A stretch of DNA of 39,185 nt, counting the filler, from Vannella sp. (Eukaryota), in NCBI GenBank assembly GCA_023345925.1. It is 4 parts of 4 records of this genome, joined end to end, with 100 filler letters (N's around TTAATTAATTAA, not from the genome) between each part and the next. Parts side by side here need not be neighbours in the genome. Positions count along the whole stretch, not along the records: positions 1 to 12,037 come from JAJQQN010000616.1; positions 12,138 to 22,335 come from JAJQQN010000318.1; 2 more parts are not named here. One strand, 5' to 3'. Within the stretch, counting starts at the first letter, position 1; each line of letters opens with the position of its first letter. Below, piece after piece: positions 10,701 to 21,502 of this stretch. The position numbers and the translations under genes were made by a program. Under the pieces are notes generated by a model. The model saw only the letters and a program-made list of their open reading frames with translations, made no database searches and was not told where the DNA came from.

Positions 10701-11709
10701 TAGTCAATATCTTGTTGTCGGGATCTTGGCGCATCAGTTTTAGGAGATAATCGTACATCATCTCAAAATAGGGAGGAAATCCGCCCTTCTTCCACTCCTG
10801 GAGGTACTGGGAAGCCGATCCCCGGTCTGAAGGATTCAATTGAATCATTTTGCTGATCAGTTTTCTCACTGAACGCTGCGGAATCCGATTTAACTTGACC
10901 AGCGGGTCGTAGGCCGTCCCATTTTCTCTCGCTCTCGGATCCCTAAAGCTCAATAACTCACTTAGAGTGAATAGGGAAACGCTTTCCCTGTCCAAGAACA
11001 GCCCCGCAATCACGCAACCGAGTGAAAAGAGGTCCATCTCAGGAGTTATTGGAAGGTTTGTCTCTTCCACTGAATTAGCGAGTGATGCACTCACAAAGCG
11101 TTCAGGAGCAAGGTTGCAGACACGAGACCCGCTCGTATCAAAGTAATAAGAGAACGAGAGAGGCGGGTCATCAGCCACATAGGTTGGCTTATAACTCGCA
11201 AAGTCAGTCAGATACACCCAGTTCCAGGAGGTGAGCATGACGTTCTCTAGTTTGAGATCCCCGTGGCAGACACTGTTGGAATGGCATTCTTCTAATGCTT
11301 TGAGGAGGAGGAAGGTCAGCCAGATCTTCTCTGTTTGTGTGAGAGACGGTCTGGTTTCTAGACGGTCCTTGAGGTTGTTGTAGAAGTATTGTCGAAGAAG
11401 GAAAACATTGCGGTGGGTCTCAACGAACTTTAAACAGGGTTGTACGCCATGACAGAGGCTCAGGCGTTCTTTGAAGCGGATGAGGTTGCTCTGGTAGAAG
11501 GATATGACTCTTTCAATCACCTCGCGGTCCGAGCTGATGTTATCCTTTGAGTAAACCTTCACCACCACAGGGCCCTCTTCGTGGAGGCACTTGGCGGTCT
11601 TCAAGAACAAGCCATTTCCCAAATGCTCTGCGAAAATCATCTCCGGAAGGTCCCTCTCGATGCTCTCAAAGGCCTTTGCGGGAGAGGCATGCGCAAGGCT
11701 GTTCCCCAT
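7741..11709 (-). CDS. VPS15: Phosphoinositide 3-kinase regulatory subunit VPS15 (kinase-like, HEAT and WD40 domains)
   Basis: Myristoylation-type start MGNSL at 11709. HGDLKLENVMLTSWNWVYLTDFASYKP, YYFDTSG.R.C.LAPERF, HEAT region, WRPDGTLIATLSEH and terminal SCSRDGVIKVWK. Confidence 0.95.
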   Translation of the reverse strand: MGNSLAHASPAKAFESIERDLPEMIFAEHLGNGLFLKTAKCLHEEGPVVVKVYSKDNISSDREVIERVISFYQSNLIRFKERLSLCHGVQPCLKFVETHRNVFLLRQYFYNNLKDRLETRPSLTQTEKIWLTFLLLKALEECHSNSVCHGDLKLENVMLTSWNWVYLTDFASYKPTYVADDPPLSFSYYFDTSGSRVCNLAPERFVSASLANSVEETNLPITPEMDLFSLGCVIAGLFLDRESVSLFTLSELLSFRDPRARENGTAYDPLVKLNRIPQRSVRKLISKMIQLNPSDRGSASQYLQEWKKGGFPPYFEMMYDYLLKLMRQDPDNKILTISQDISWLKLNIQPHQPSHVSGHHSVDSPYQERTVSRLRMSSDELLSTSKCLRDTESFVLSIRHTGALEDLYASQLGTSTFFQEHEVPSSRPTASHDPAKHQLGQVPGLGIVLSVVCASLHDISSDSIRVEALELFIQFSGCLDDKCRLQIIVPYLVSLLQGTSAVVQSAAISTLVQVLGMVDTFPPSDIQIFPEYILPSLEPFSRHSDTLVLCSYAKNIAQLAKIASGFLDASSNLSESMFISQPSQQFSDLDDKWSLLRQFFIKAIQDLGNATGVKGVSALQSKAFIRSILLESMDSLSHFLGPKLTIDALIPLMKDFLESGPTWEVRCRVFNVLPSLCTFIGDLPSQKCVFPFLLRSLYDPQELVINGTLSTLSKSTGVMNKSLLFRVVEAVCPLLVHPSHTIRKNVSYLLSQLSRSNSIRPADIWTFLLPAIEPFLCNKLVSCEPQRLFDNAKEPLSYSVYQKALAYCRSLISVGPSTVKCLGDTRDEATALFDDFVSHQSSLMHSGDREALSLLKPFIASSVTFFPALRAPLMGISEPDNYQLMGRPPSPRSLPKVTSSVLVPSILDSPISRLATASSVGRKRAESVNAPQPIQGWRPDGTLIATLSEHSGCINRMAASKDGRFFASGSDDRTVKLWSAVGLIQPWSLSQTTVSVESPVTSVCSIAQDPLGFLVGEYSGAISRLSEDGTSFPLFQLQSRLVDIVAMDEWSFLACTANGNLFGLDLREKEPVFRANVEPQHGSARSFLFHQTQKWGIVGTSRGTYSLWDFRLLLENKHWSHPNFSPIHRMCLCSSRSEEPRFLASVGSSEIFRWDPISLMYDQVFRIGGDPWRLPRDSPRDSPLSYAQRVNWKQKVEETATSLALLTLPNQSGFLSGSADSHIRFWDRERPKKSAVLGDWRDKAKEPLFDSTVYPFSKEHSVQLIQEHTVQRQASNIPRAFTAPPSGHRDSIQDLISVETPDPDLATVLVSCSRDGVIKVWK

Positions 11710-11768
11710 CACAAAATGCATTTCCCCTCTTTCAGATGCACCCAGACCCAATTTAATTGTATTGAAGA

Positions 11769-12037
11769 CTAATTTTTTGGTACTTTGCACCGATTTTGAA
11801 ATCTTGATTGATCATTGCCGGGTTGCTTTTTGAACGAAACTTTCGGAGGTCCTCTTCCTTTTTCCTTTTCGCTCGAGACAGGTGTGTGTTGCCCCACCTC
11901 TGGGACCCTGAAAAACGTTTGTATTGATTCTCCTGTTGTAGCATGGTCCGCATCAGTGTTTTGAGTGACGCCCTCCGCAGCATCAGCAACGCTGAGAAGA
12001 GAGGTTTCCGCCAGGTCCTCTGCAGACCCTCCTCCAA
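11769..12037 (-). CDS. Possible 3' end of a gene truncated by the contig edge
   Basis: Two minus-strand frames are open from the contig edge to stops at 11769 and 11753. No recognisable domain. Confidence 0.25.
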
Positions 12038-12137
12038 NNNNNNNNNNNNNNNNNNNNNNNNNNNNNNNNNNNNNNNNNNNNTTAATTAATTAANNNNNNN
12101 NNNNNNNNNNNNNNNNNNNNNNNNNNNNNNNNNNNNN
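12038..12137. other. Artificial contig linker
   Basis: 44 N + TTAATTAATTAA (stops in all six frames) + 44 N. Confidence 0.98.
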
Positions 12138-12365
12138 AAAAGATGAACTCCCAAAGAGGAGCTCGTGTGACTGGTGGGATGGTGATGCCTCTCTCTCTCT
12201 CCTCAGGTCAGCACTGGCACGTGCGAATGAATTGAGGCACTTTTCAACGCGGAGGGACATGTTTCCGGAGGTGGGCTTGGTTGCTCTAGTCCTTCTCCTC
12301 TTCAACCTTGTTCGGACAGTGGGATGGGCTTTCATTTTCTCCTTTGTTGTTGCAAGTTACCTCAT
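12138..12365 (-). CDS. Possible 5' part of a gene truncated by the contig edge
   Basis: ATG at 12365, putative intron 12307-12360 (GTAACT...AAG), then RLKRRRTRATK..., which is NLS-like. Confidence 0.3.
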
Positions 12366-12469
12366 GGGGAGGGAGCGGAGAATTCTTCTTGTCTGATGAC
12401 CTCCAAAACCGGATGAGAATGTGAAAATGAGAGTGTATTGAAGATGAAAGAAGGAGAAGTCAGGAAAAG

Positions 12470-15013
12470 TTACAAAAAGTGCAAAAGATTGTTGAGGGAG
12501 GGATGGGGTGCAGCGTGAACCGCTTGCCCCACCAAGAAAGCGATCTTGTGGGCATACTGGCAGGGCGCGGGTACTCGAATGGTTCCAGCCCAATTGAAGT
12601 AGAGGTGTCCCAGCTTGAAAGTGAGAAGCTGCAAGTTAGCAGGGGGCAAATTCACCTCGTCCAGGATGACGTGGTAGTGTGTGGGAGTCGCTGTTCCCTG
12701 GGTGACGCTTTGATTGACCATGAAGAAATCATACATTTCTGGGTCTGTGCAGCCATTGTCCACGACTGTCCCTGGAAGAGGGTTCTTCACACCTCCTCTG
12801 GTGTGGTCGAAGATACGGGTGTGGATCCGCTTCTGGACTATCACGAAGGTGAGCTTGATAGCAGAGTTCTTACTCAAGAGGATCTGCCTGAGCTGGGGCA
12901 CTTCGTAGTCGAAGACTTCGAGGAACTGTCCCTCACCAACGCCATCCCGGTACACGATAACTTCTTGAGGATAGAACCCATTAATGGACTTGTAGTTCTC
13001 CATTGCTTCTCCAAAGCAGGCAGAGAGCTGGTCAACGATTTCCTGGCCAACATCTTGGAACTTCACGGCACTGAAGTACTTAGTGAATTGGGTGTTTGTG
13101 GTGGCGGTGAAGCCGACAACGGAGCGCTTGCCTCGTCCCTTGTTGCTCTGGGTATCGTGGCAAACATCGATACCAACGATCATCATCCTTGCGAGGGGAG
13201 CGGGGATTTGGACATTCCACGATTCTCCCCCCAACTTGCAGTTGATTTGCTGGACGATCTTGGTGGCAATGCTCTGCACCTTACGAGGGTTTTGGACCTG
13301 ACCCCCTCGCATTCCCATAGTCTTGGACTTGACACATTGGGAGGGGATTCCGAGTTGGTGGCAACACACCAGCTTGATCATGGAGTAGGATTGAGGTCCG
13401 TCAAACTTGAGCATGCAGATCACAAGCGTAGTATCCTTTGTGACGTTCTGACGAATAGCCTGCTCAAATTGACTAGCACTGTCCCGTTGGATCTTCACCT
13501 CGACTGGCCTTGCGAAGGCGATTCCGAGTCTCTCGGATTCGACCTTGATTTGTGACAAGAGCTCCCCTGCTTCAGCGATGCACTCCGTGGGATAAACCAG
13601 GATCGACTTGCGCACAGGGACAGTCTTAGTCACGGAATTGACATTCCATGAGGCGGTGGGACCTGCTTTGACGGAGTTCCTTCCCATAGAGATGGCCTCT
13701 GGGGGAATAAGGCGCCCCTTAACCTTGAGAGGTTCATCAGAAGACTTGACGTTCCATTCGGAGAGAGCTTCCTGCACTGAAGAAGACTCACGGATGGAGT
13801 GAGAGAAGTCCTTGAGCTCCTGGAATCGCTTGGAGGGCTCCACCCGTGTGTGAGTTGCGAGATCTGTCATCAGACGAAAATCCTTTCGCATGCTGTCCGT
13901 CAATCCGGTCAAGTGGCAAAGCTCTGGTACGAGCAACGTCTCTTGACCGGAGCGACGATCAACATGCTTCAGGAGGGGCTGCTTCATATCGCGGATCCCA
14001 AGCTTGTAGGCGCTCTTGTAATACTGCACATAAGTGCATTGATTCCCCTTCCGGTCGAAGGTGTTGAGGGGAGTGAGGTCCCACTCAATCTCATCAATCC
14101 GATAAGTCCTGTTGTTGTAGCGGGTCAGCACAATCTGTCCCTCTAGCAGCTTCGAGAGGTTATCCTCGGCCTTTCGCGTGTCGCGGGTATTGTCCCATTC
14201 ATCGTACATCATGTCCAGTACGGTGTCTATGCGAATGACTTTGTGTGCGAGATCCGCACACAAAGTAGTTCCTCGCATTGTGTTGTGAACCGATGTAAAA
14301 TAGCCAGGCCAAAGCTCCATCTTGTGCGTGGACATCTTAATAGCCTCTTGAGGCCGGTAGTGCTGGCGGCCCATGGGTGTCAGATCCAGCTCGCGAAGGA
14401 CCTTGCGGAAGAGCAGTGCGTAGACCTGCTTACTAACTTCCTGTGGCAATAGTCGCCTAGTCTGTTGAATGGTCAGTTCATAAGCCGTTCCATTCAAGAG
14501 GCATTCGAGAGCTTGGTCCTCCACTCGGAAGGTGGTGAACATCAGATTTTCCCCGTCATAGAGGTATTGGGTCCCTAGAACATCGCGGAGCTGTTCAAGG
14601 AGACTGAAGCGAAGTCTCTTTCGTTCTAGAGGAGGGGTGATGGTCACTTGGAACTGGTAGACCGTCTCGGCATTGATGGTGAGGGGATAATGGTTCACAG
14701 TGCACCTCAAGAAGTCTACTGATTCTACCAGCTTGGGTCTCTGCGCAAGCTGAAGCCTTTGTGATGCTGGAAGCGGAGCGGCGGGCTGAGTGATGGAGGA
14801 AGCTGGATCGTCGGAGACTGTTAACAACGCCATTCCCTCATCAAGGGAGGGAGCGATAGTCCCAGAATCGGGGACTTGGGCCTTCTTTGTTACAGAAGGG
14901 TTGGTAACCTTGACGGTGTCGGATGAGGGAGGTTGGGTCACAGTACTCTCAACCTCTGTCATTGCAGGCGCATTAGCCTTTCTCTGGGCGCTTTTCTTGC
15001 GGTTCTTGGGCAT
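12470..15013 (-). CDS. PIWI-clade Argonaute protein (N-PAZ-MID-PIWI), intronless
   Basis: PAZ: VLTRYNNRTYRIDEI, QPLL, LVPELCHLTG. MID: IPSQCV, QINCKLGG. PIWI: GIDVCH, GQEIV, YRDGV, PGTVVD, GTATPTHY, YFNWAGTIRVPAPCQYAHK. Confidence 0.97.
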   Translation of the reverse strand: MPKNRKKSAQRKANAPAMTEVESTVTQPPSSDTVKVTNPSVTKKAQVPDSGTIAPSLDEGMALLTVSDDPASSITQPAAPLPASQRLQLAQRPKLVESVDFLRCTVNHYPLTINAETVYQFQVTITPPLERKRLRFSLLEQLRDVLGTQYLYDGENLMFTTFRVEDQALECLLNGTAYELTIQQTRRLLPQEVSKQVYALLFRKVLRELDLTPMGRQHYRPQEAIKMSTHKMELWPGYFTSVHNTMRGTTLCADLAHKVIRIDTVLDMMYDEWDNTRDTRKAEDNLSKLLEGQIVLTRYNNRTYRIDEIEWDLTPLNTFDRKGNQCTYVQYYKSAYKLGIRDMKQPLLKHVDRRSGQETLLVPELCHLTGLTDSMRKDFRLMTDLATHTRVEPSKRFQELKDFSHSIRESSSVQEALSEWNVKSSDEPLKVKGRLIPPEAISMGRNSVKAGPTASWNVNSVTKTVPVRKSILVYPTECIAEAGELLSQIKVESERLGIAFARPVEVKIQRDSASQFEQAIRQNVTKDTTLVICMLKFDGPQSYSMIKLVCCHQLGIPSQCVKSKTMGMRGGQVQNPRKVQSIATKIVQQINCKLGGESWNVQIPAPLARMMIVGIDVCHDTQSNKGRGKRSVVGFTATTNTQFTKYFSAVKFQDVGQEIVDQLSACFGEAMENYKSINGFYPQEVIVYRDGVGEGQFLEVFDYEVPQLRQILLSKNSAIKLTFVIVQKRIHTRIFDHTRGGVKNPLPGTVVDNGCTDPEMYDFFMVNQSVTQGTATPTHYHVILDEVNLPPANLQLLTFKLGHLYFNWAGTIRVPAPCQYAHKIAFLVGQAVHAAPHPSLNNLLHFL

Positions 15014-15119
15014 GTTGAGGAATGATTACAGCACCGAGCCTGCGCCTTAAATGAGCAGTGAGGGCAAACTTCCCTTCAAGCTTCCCCTCACCACGTCCAT
15101 CAGCCCCAGGAGGATGCAG

Positions 15120-15143
15120 TGATTGGTTGGTTTCAACCAATCA
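15120..15143. promoter_or_regulatory. Inverted pair of CCAAT boxes in the Argonaute/MON2 bidirectional promoter
   Basis: TGATTGGTTG-GTTT-CAACCAATCA, perfect 10-bp arms, roughly centred between ATGs at 15013(-) and 15236(+). Confidence 0.6.
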
Positions 15144-15235
15144 GAATCATTTTATAATGACATTTTTTCGGTTAACAGTAATATCACGATGGAATTAATC
15201 AGTGACATTTAGAGTGGGAAGAAGTCTTTTGTTGG

Positions 15236-18200
15236 ATGGGGCTTCTGCAGGTGCTTCAACCTGACCTTCGGGCTCTCTCTTCGGAGGGTCGGCGCAAGTT
15301 CTCAGAGATCAAGAATGTGAGTTCGACCGAGGGGAAGGTGATTGGAAGCTGAATTGGCACGAAAGGCAGCAGAGCGAGGGGAGATGCGCTTGCGCAACCT
15401 TGAGGACACCCACAAGGATCATGCAGAGTTTGGAAATGGCTACTTACAGAGTAAGACTGCGCACATGGGAGGTCAGGGCACTTCTCAACCCCCCAGCCAG
15501 GTGTTATTCAGGCAGAGGACGTCATTAAGCCATTCTTGATGTCTCTGGAGAGTAAGAACGCTAAGCTGATAGCTATTGCCATTGGGGGACTGCAGAAGAT
15601 CATCTCTCGCAACGCTATCTCTGTTGCAGCTGCGGATGGGCTTCTCACCGCCATGCTCTCGTTGTTGGACGATCACAGTGACGAGAACATACTTTTGAAG
15701 ATCCTGCAAACGATGGTAGCGCTTCTAACCTCTCAGATACTCATCCACGACTCAGCTTTGTCCTCTGCGTTGAGCATTTGCATTCAACTCAGTCTCAACC
15801 GTAACCCCGTCGTCAGGAACACAGCAGGAGCATCTCTTAAGCAAGTCTCCACTAACCTGATCGAGCGAGCGATCGTGGAGGCAGGAAATGCGCCCCAAGT
15901 GTCCTCAGCAATAGCAGACAAGACCTCCTACGCTCACGACTCGCATCGGTTCATTCTTGACATATGCAAGCTTGCTAGAGGGGATAGTGCTACTTGGTTA
16001 AGAGTGAAAGAGCTCTCTCTGCCCGTGGGGATGGAGATCCTCGAGTCCATCTTAGGAGCACACCCTTCCTTCTTCGTGTCCAACCCGCCATTCCTCAGTG
16101 CCTTGAAGGACCACATATTCCCCATGGTTGTGCAAAGTTTCAAGCTCAGCCACACCTTCTACGTCATCCTACGGCTCCTTCGCCTCATCCATTGCATCAT
16201 ATTGAACTTTAGCCAGTCTTTAGCAGCGGAATGCGAAGTCTTTCTCTGCCGTTTGATTCGAATGATCAAGCCAGAGAGTCCCCTGTGGCTGAGCGCCGTA
16301 GTAATGGAGATATTCAGCAACTACTTTAGCAATCCTGAGCTCCTCGTGGCGTTTTATGTCAATTACGACATGGGAGGAGTCAATATGAAGACTCAGAGTG
16401 ATACTGACAGCCGGATACTGCATAATGTACTCACTGGCATCTCACAATATGTCCAATATGTCACAGAACTGGCTTCCAGGACAGAGTCTTCGCAGGGGAA
16501 TGCCACTGGAAAGAGACTGAAGAACTTCCGCATTTTGGAGCAGCTGAACAGTGCTGAGGCCCCTACAGTGGACGCTGGACATGCCAAAATTCTTGCCGCA
16601 GAGAGTCTTCTTCATATGATTGAGAGTATTTACCTTCTTGTTCGTTCTGAGAACCTTTTGGCTCCTTTGGGCATTCGCCAATTGTCTGTAGCTTCAGGAA
16701 TATCTCTGGAATTGACGACCAATGGTCAGCAGATGCAAGTGCTGAAGGGAATCTGTACTACCTCGTGGCCTTCTCTCCTTGGAGCGCTTTCCTCCCTTCA
16801 TAACAGCTCCAAGAGTGAGAAGACATTGCAGGCAGTCTTTCGCTCTTTTCAATCCTTCATTGTTATCTGCTGCGTTCTTAAACTCGAGACTCCGCGAGAT
16901 GCCTTTGCAACGGCGATTACCAAAGCTGCTTTGCCTTCTGATGTGGAGAGAATCAATCGCCGGAATGTAGAGGCGATGAAGGTTCTTCTTGAGATTGCCC
17001 AGAAGCTTGGTAATGTACTTGGGAATGGCTGGGCTCCTATTCTCTCGAACGTTTCGTTGGTTGCTTCTTTCCTGGCCTCTGCACAGCTGCAGCAGTTTGT
17101 CCAAGCGCGCGAGTCTATGGCTGCCATGCAAACCAACCCAAATACTAATCAACAGGGAGCTACTCAAAGCTCAAGCCCCAAAGGAAAGATTCCTATTTCT
17201 TCAGAAGAGCTGAGTAACTTGCTTTCCACTATCGACCACCTGTTTGAAGAGAGCCCAAAGTGGGGCGAGGATGCTCTGACACACCTACTGGAAGGACTTT
17301 ACACGCTAAGCTCTCGCTCTTACCTCGATGTGGACGTTGACCTACTTCCTGCCAAGTCATTTGCACTGACCAAGGTTGAGGAAGTGGTAATGACAAACCT
17401 CTTCCGGGTGGAGTCCTTTTGGGACTTGCTCTTAGAGCACCTCAAATTGCATTTTCAGCATAGCAGTGCTCTTGTCCGCATCCAAGGCGTGGAGTCCTTC
17501 TCCCGAATGGTGGTTTCGATATTCTCTTTTTATTCCCATCCAGAATCAACGCCAGGTTCTCCTACCCGCGAAGAGGCTGATTATTTATCTACAGACACAC
17601 GTATTTACATGCAAAATCGTATTTTGGAGGCTCTTGAAGAGGCATCGCGTTCAAAGTATAACGAAGTTCGCCAAAAGACGCTTGAGGCACTGAATCTCGT
17701 GCTCCAGAGCTCGGGCCAAACCATCCATAAGGGCTGGCCTTTGATTCTCTCGATTTTAATGACAATTGCGGTCAATCGCGATAAGCCCCACATTGTCTAT
17801 GGCTTCAATAGTGTCACTCTTATCTGTACCGACTTTCTCTCGAATCTGCCTCTTGGTAAGTCCCTTTAAAGCCGAGGATGTCGTTTATCTAATCAACCCG
17901 CAGACTGTTTGGCACTGTTTATCACCACAATTGGGTGCTATGGCTTGCAGTCATCAGACATTAATGTCAGCCTGACTGGCATTGGATTGCTCTTCTCTAT
18001 TGCAGACTTTCTTGGGAAAGATGGAGAAGTTTTGGTACAAACTAGCACTGCAGAAGAGAGTGTCGACCGTTTTATTGAGCCCCTTCACCAAGCAAGCGGA
18101 CTGAAATCGTCCACCTCCTCATTCACCCACAGTCCCATTGCTCGACTGTGGATTTCGTTGTTTACAGAGATGAAGCAATTGTGCCTGGACCAACGCTTCG

Positions 18201-20124
18201 AAGTGCGCAACTGCTCACTTATCACTTTAATCAAGACCTTTACAACGCACGGACGTTCGTTGGAACTTGACACCTGGAACAAATGTACTTGGGACATTCT
18301 CATTCCCATGCTTGAAGACATTCAATCCAGTACATCAGCTGCAGCAACTGAAGAAGTCAGCGTAGAGCTGGGAAAGCAAGGTGGCCGTAGTGTCAAGTTG
18401 CTCGTCCACCACTCGCGTAACAGCGTCCAAAAGCAGTGGAATGAGACAGTTTTGCTGAGTTACAGTGGATTCACTCGCATTTTACGAACCTTTGCTTCAA
18501 TTCTCGTTCAACTAAGTACTTTTGATGCAATATGGGCGCGAACTGTCTCCTTGGGAGAGCAACTGGTCCTTTACCAAAGTCACGAGGTTTCTGAGAGTGT
18601 CATTGTCAGCCTCAGGGAGCTTCTAATTTCGTCGGCGACACAAAGCTACCTTTCCAGAAGCCATTGGGATCTTATCTGGCAAACTTATGAGAATGTTGTT
18701 CAAAAACTGAGTCAGAATGTCCCAGAGACTCTTTTAGCTGTTTTGTCCTCCTCTTTCTCTCAATTATACACCAACCAGCGGAAGGTACGTGATATCCTGA
18801 GTGACGATGTTTTCTGACTTGTTCTTTGTCGTAGATCTTTTCTGGAACGGATTACGATCTTTGGGTGCGGCTTGTGGGTCATTTAGCGAGGACCAGTCGA
18901 TCAACCAACCCAAATCTTCTCACTCAAGTGCAAAGAGATGTTCTTCAGTGCTTTGTGGGTGTTTCCCCACCTGTAGATGAAGGACAGGAGCAAGAAGACC
19001 TGTTTTTGGCTACCTTTAGCGTTATGGTGGATGTTCTGACGTTCATTGGAGGATATGACCGCGTTCACCAGACTAACACAACGCCCAAGACCAAGCTTTT
19101 CGTTTTTTGTGAGCAAATGCTTCTTAGTACCATTCAATTATCTACAACTGTGAGTGAAAGAGTTCGCACTCGTGCTCTGCAAACTCTGGTAGAGGGATTG
19201 GGTGCTTGTTTGGGACTGAAATACTCTCATCACTCGTCACAACTGTGGCAAGATGCCTTGCCGATGTTTACACGCCTTCTTGAGATCACTTTACCTCACC
19301 TTTCCACTTGTACGCGCACAACTCACATCTGCTACTCTAATTCTAACTGATTGATAGATTGTACCGAGCCAGAGTGCTCAGAAACGTGGTCAATTATATT
19401 CCTGTTCACAGAACAATTCCTCTTCGACCCAAGAAGGGAATCTCTGCCAGCTTTAACAGTTGACGAGAAAGCTAAAGAGGCCGACTTTGATAAGAAACTG
19501 CTGGAATGCCTCGACCAAGTCATGTTGCCTTGCCACGCAAAGAACTTTAGCGTCCATAAGGTCGGCCATTCCCTCCTTCTGAAAGAGTTTGGCTCACATC
19601 AATCATGGATAGAAATTGATCCAAATTCTTGTACGTGGTACACAGCTAGCAGCACACCGAGAAGTATTCGCCCTTCAATGCTACCAGAGCATGTTCACCT
19701 TAGCATCCTTTCAAAATGAGCAGGGTAAGAGCTCCCTACTGCATTGAGACAGGACTGATTGTCTTCAGATTCGTGGCGAATGGAGTTGGCGCAGCAGACA
19801 GCCCCTTCTCTTCTTGCAAGGGTGTCTCAAGTATTGAGTACCTTCATCAAAACGGAAGAGATATCAGGAAAGGCGCCTTTGCCGCGAAGCCTTCTTAGAG
19901 AAATGACTTTCGTCATGAACCAACTCTTGGAAGCTTCGTTCCACCCCTCGTTATCCCTCATCACAAAGAGCTCTCTTCCAGCCACATACACCAAAAGCAG
20001 GAGGAAACACCTCCTCCACTTGTTCCCTGTTCTATGCGAATGCATAACCACTCACGAACCCTCCGTCCGCCCTCTCTTAAAGGCCTTATTCCAGATGGCC
20101 GCCTCCGAAGTTGGCTTGCAATAA
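15236..20124 (+). CDS. MON2: Protein MON2 (Arf-GEF-related DCB/HUS/HDS scaffold), multi-exon
   Basis: First exon MGLLQVLQPDLRALSSEGRRKFSEIKN, then LKILQT, ECEVFL, PRDAF, GWPLIL, DINVSLTGIGLL, RFEVRN, HHSRNSVQKQWNET and LFPVLCECIT. The ORF breaks match short GT-AG introns. Confidence 0.93.
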
Positions 20125-20324
20125 AGCCCTTGACAACTTACCACCTAAGCTACGCCCACTTCAAAATGGCTCAGAGGACAAACAAGTTACAAACGCTCGA
20201 TGCGTTGCAACCCAGACTCTGGCTTTTGAGGTTCACTTCTTTCTCCTTTCACAGTAGGGGTAGAACCCTGCTTTACCGGTAGACTGCAGAAAAGTGACGA
20301 CCGAATCGGAAAGGGCTTTGGGGG

Positions 20325-21441
20325 ATGGCGGTGGTTTTGGGGTCGTCTGGGAAGCTCGAATCGCGCGAAGGCGTTCTTTCTCCCTTGCTGGAGGAATGGG
20401 AAGTCCTTGTTTCTGTGGACTCATGTGGAGTGTGCTATCGTGATATCATCGATCGGTACGGAGGAAACTCGTTTGTATCTCCTCCGATTGTGCTTGGACA
20501 CGAGATTGCTGGGATAGTGACCTCCTCAACCTGTCCAGGTACCTTCTTCATCTCTTACTCCTTGCTGTGTTCTCATCTGAGGGAGAGACCTTCCTCCTGG
20601 CACCCGCGTGGTGGGGTTGCACGGGGCTCCTTGTGGGGAATGCTCCTTTTGCAGAGAAGGCGACTCTCCTCGCTGTTTGACCCATTTTCAGTACACCTAC
20701 GGACTACTGTGTGATGGAGGATACCAACAGAGCGTGAAAATGCACCGGAACTCACTTGTCGTGCTCCCTGACGCAATCTCCTTCCAACACGGTTGCTTTC
20801 TCAATTGCACTGCAGCGGTGGCTCTTCGGGCCTTCCGCATGGCAAAGACGAAGCTTGGAGATCTTCTAGTAATCACAGGTGCCTCTGGAGGTGTAGGAGT
20901 CCATGCATTACAGCTTGTTGTAGCTCTGGGGCGCTTGGCGGTTTGCATCACCTCAGATCCATCAAAGGTTCCCTCTCTGCTTGCTCTGGGAGCTCACAAG
21001 GTCATCCTCTCCAACCCAGATGGGTCGTTTCACAAAGAAGGTGAGGAAACACGCTCCTCAGCAAGCTAGCACTTACTTCCTCTAGTTCAAGCGCAGGTGG
21101 GGAGTGTGGATGCTGTTCTTGAGTTAGTAGGTGCTCCTACGTTTAGGTCGTCCTTTCTCTGCCTCAAACCAACGGGTACACTCGTACTGGTGGGGAACGT
21201 GACTGCTTCCACCATCCCGCTTCCTCTCGGTCGCATGATTCTTCAGGAAACGAAGGTCGTGGGCAGCTCTGGTTCTACCAAAGAGGACTTGGAAGAAGTC
21301 TTTCGCATGGTACAGGAAGGGAACCTGCGGCCCATCGTCTACCGTGAAATCCCCCTCTCCGTCGAGGGCGTGGAGGAAGCTCATCGTTTGCTCCAGTCTA
21401 AGAGCGTCCTGGGGAGGGTTGTACTACGTTGTTCACTGTGA
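20325..21441 (+). CDS. Zinc-dependent alcohol dehydrogenase (MDR superfamily), two introns
   Basis: CGVCYRD, LGHEIAG, structural Zn site CGECSFC...C, FLNCT and Rossmann TGASGGVG. Introns at ~20539-20587 and ~21041-21084. Confidence 0.88.
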
Positions 21442-21502
21442 AGTGCTTGTGGAGTAAGCAGAATGGATGTATTAAACGCAGTGTTTGATGGTTGGTCTCT
21501 CT

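Noticed and set aside
12479..13555. 358-aa antisense ORF over Argonaute
   Set aside because: Codon-aligned shadow frame with no recognisable motif. The same applies to the antisense ORFs over Ran, CK2 and RPS10.
15236..20124. Fragmented ORFs as a pseudogene or alternative genetic code
   Set aside because: The ORF breaks are consistent with short GT-AG introns, and long intact genes use TAA, TAG and TGA as normal stops.
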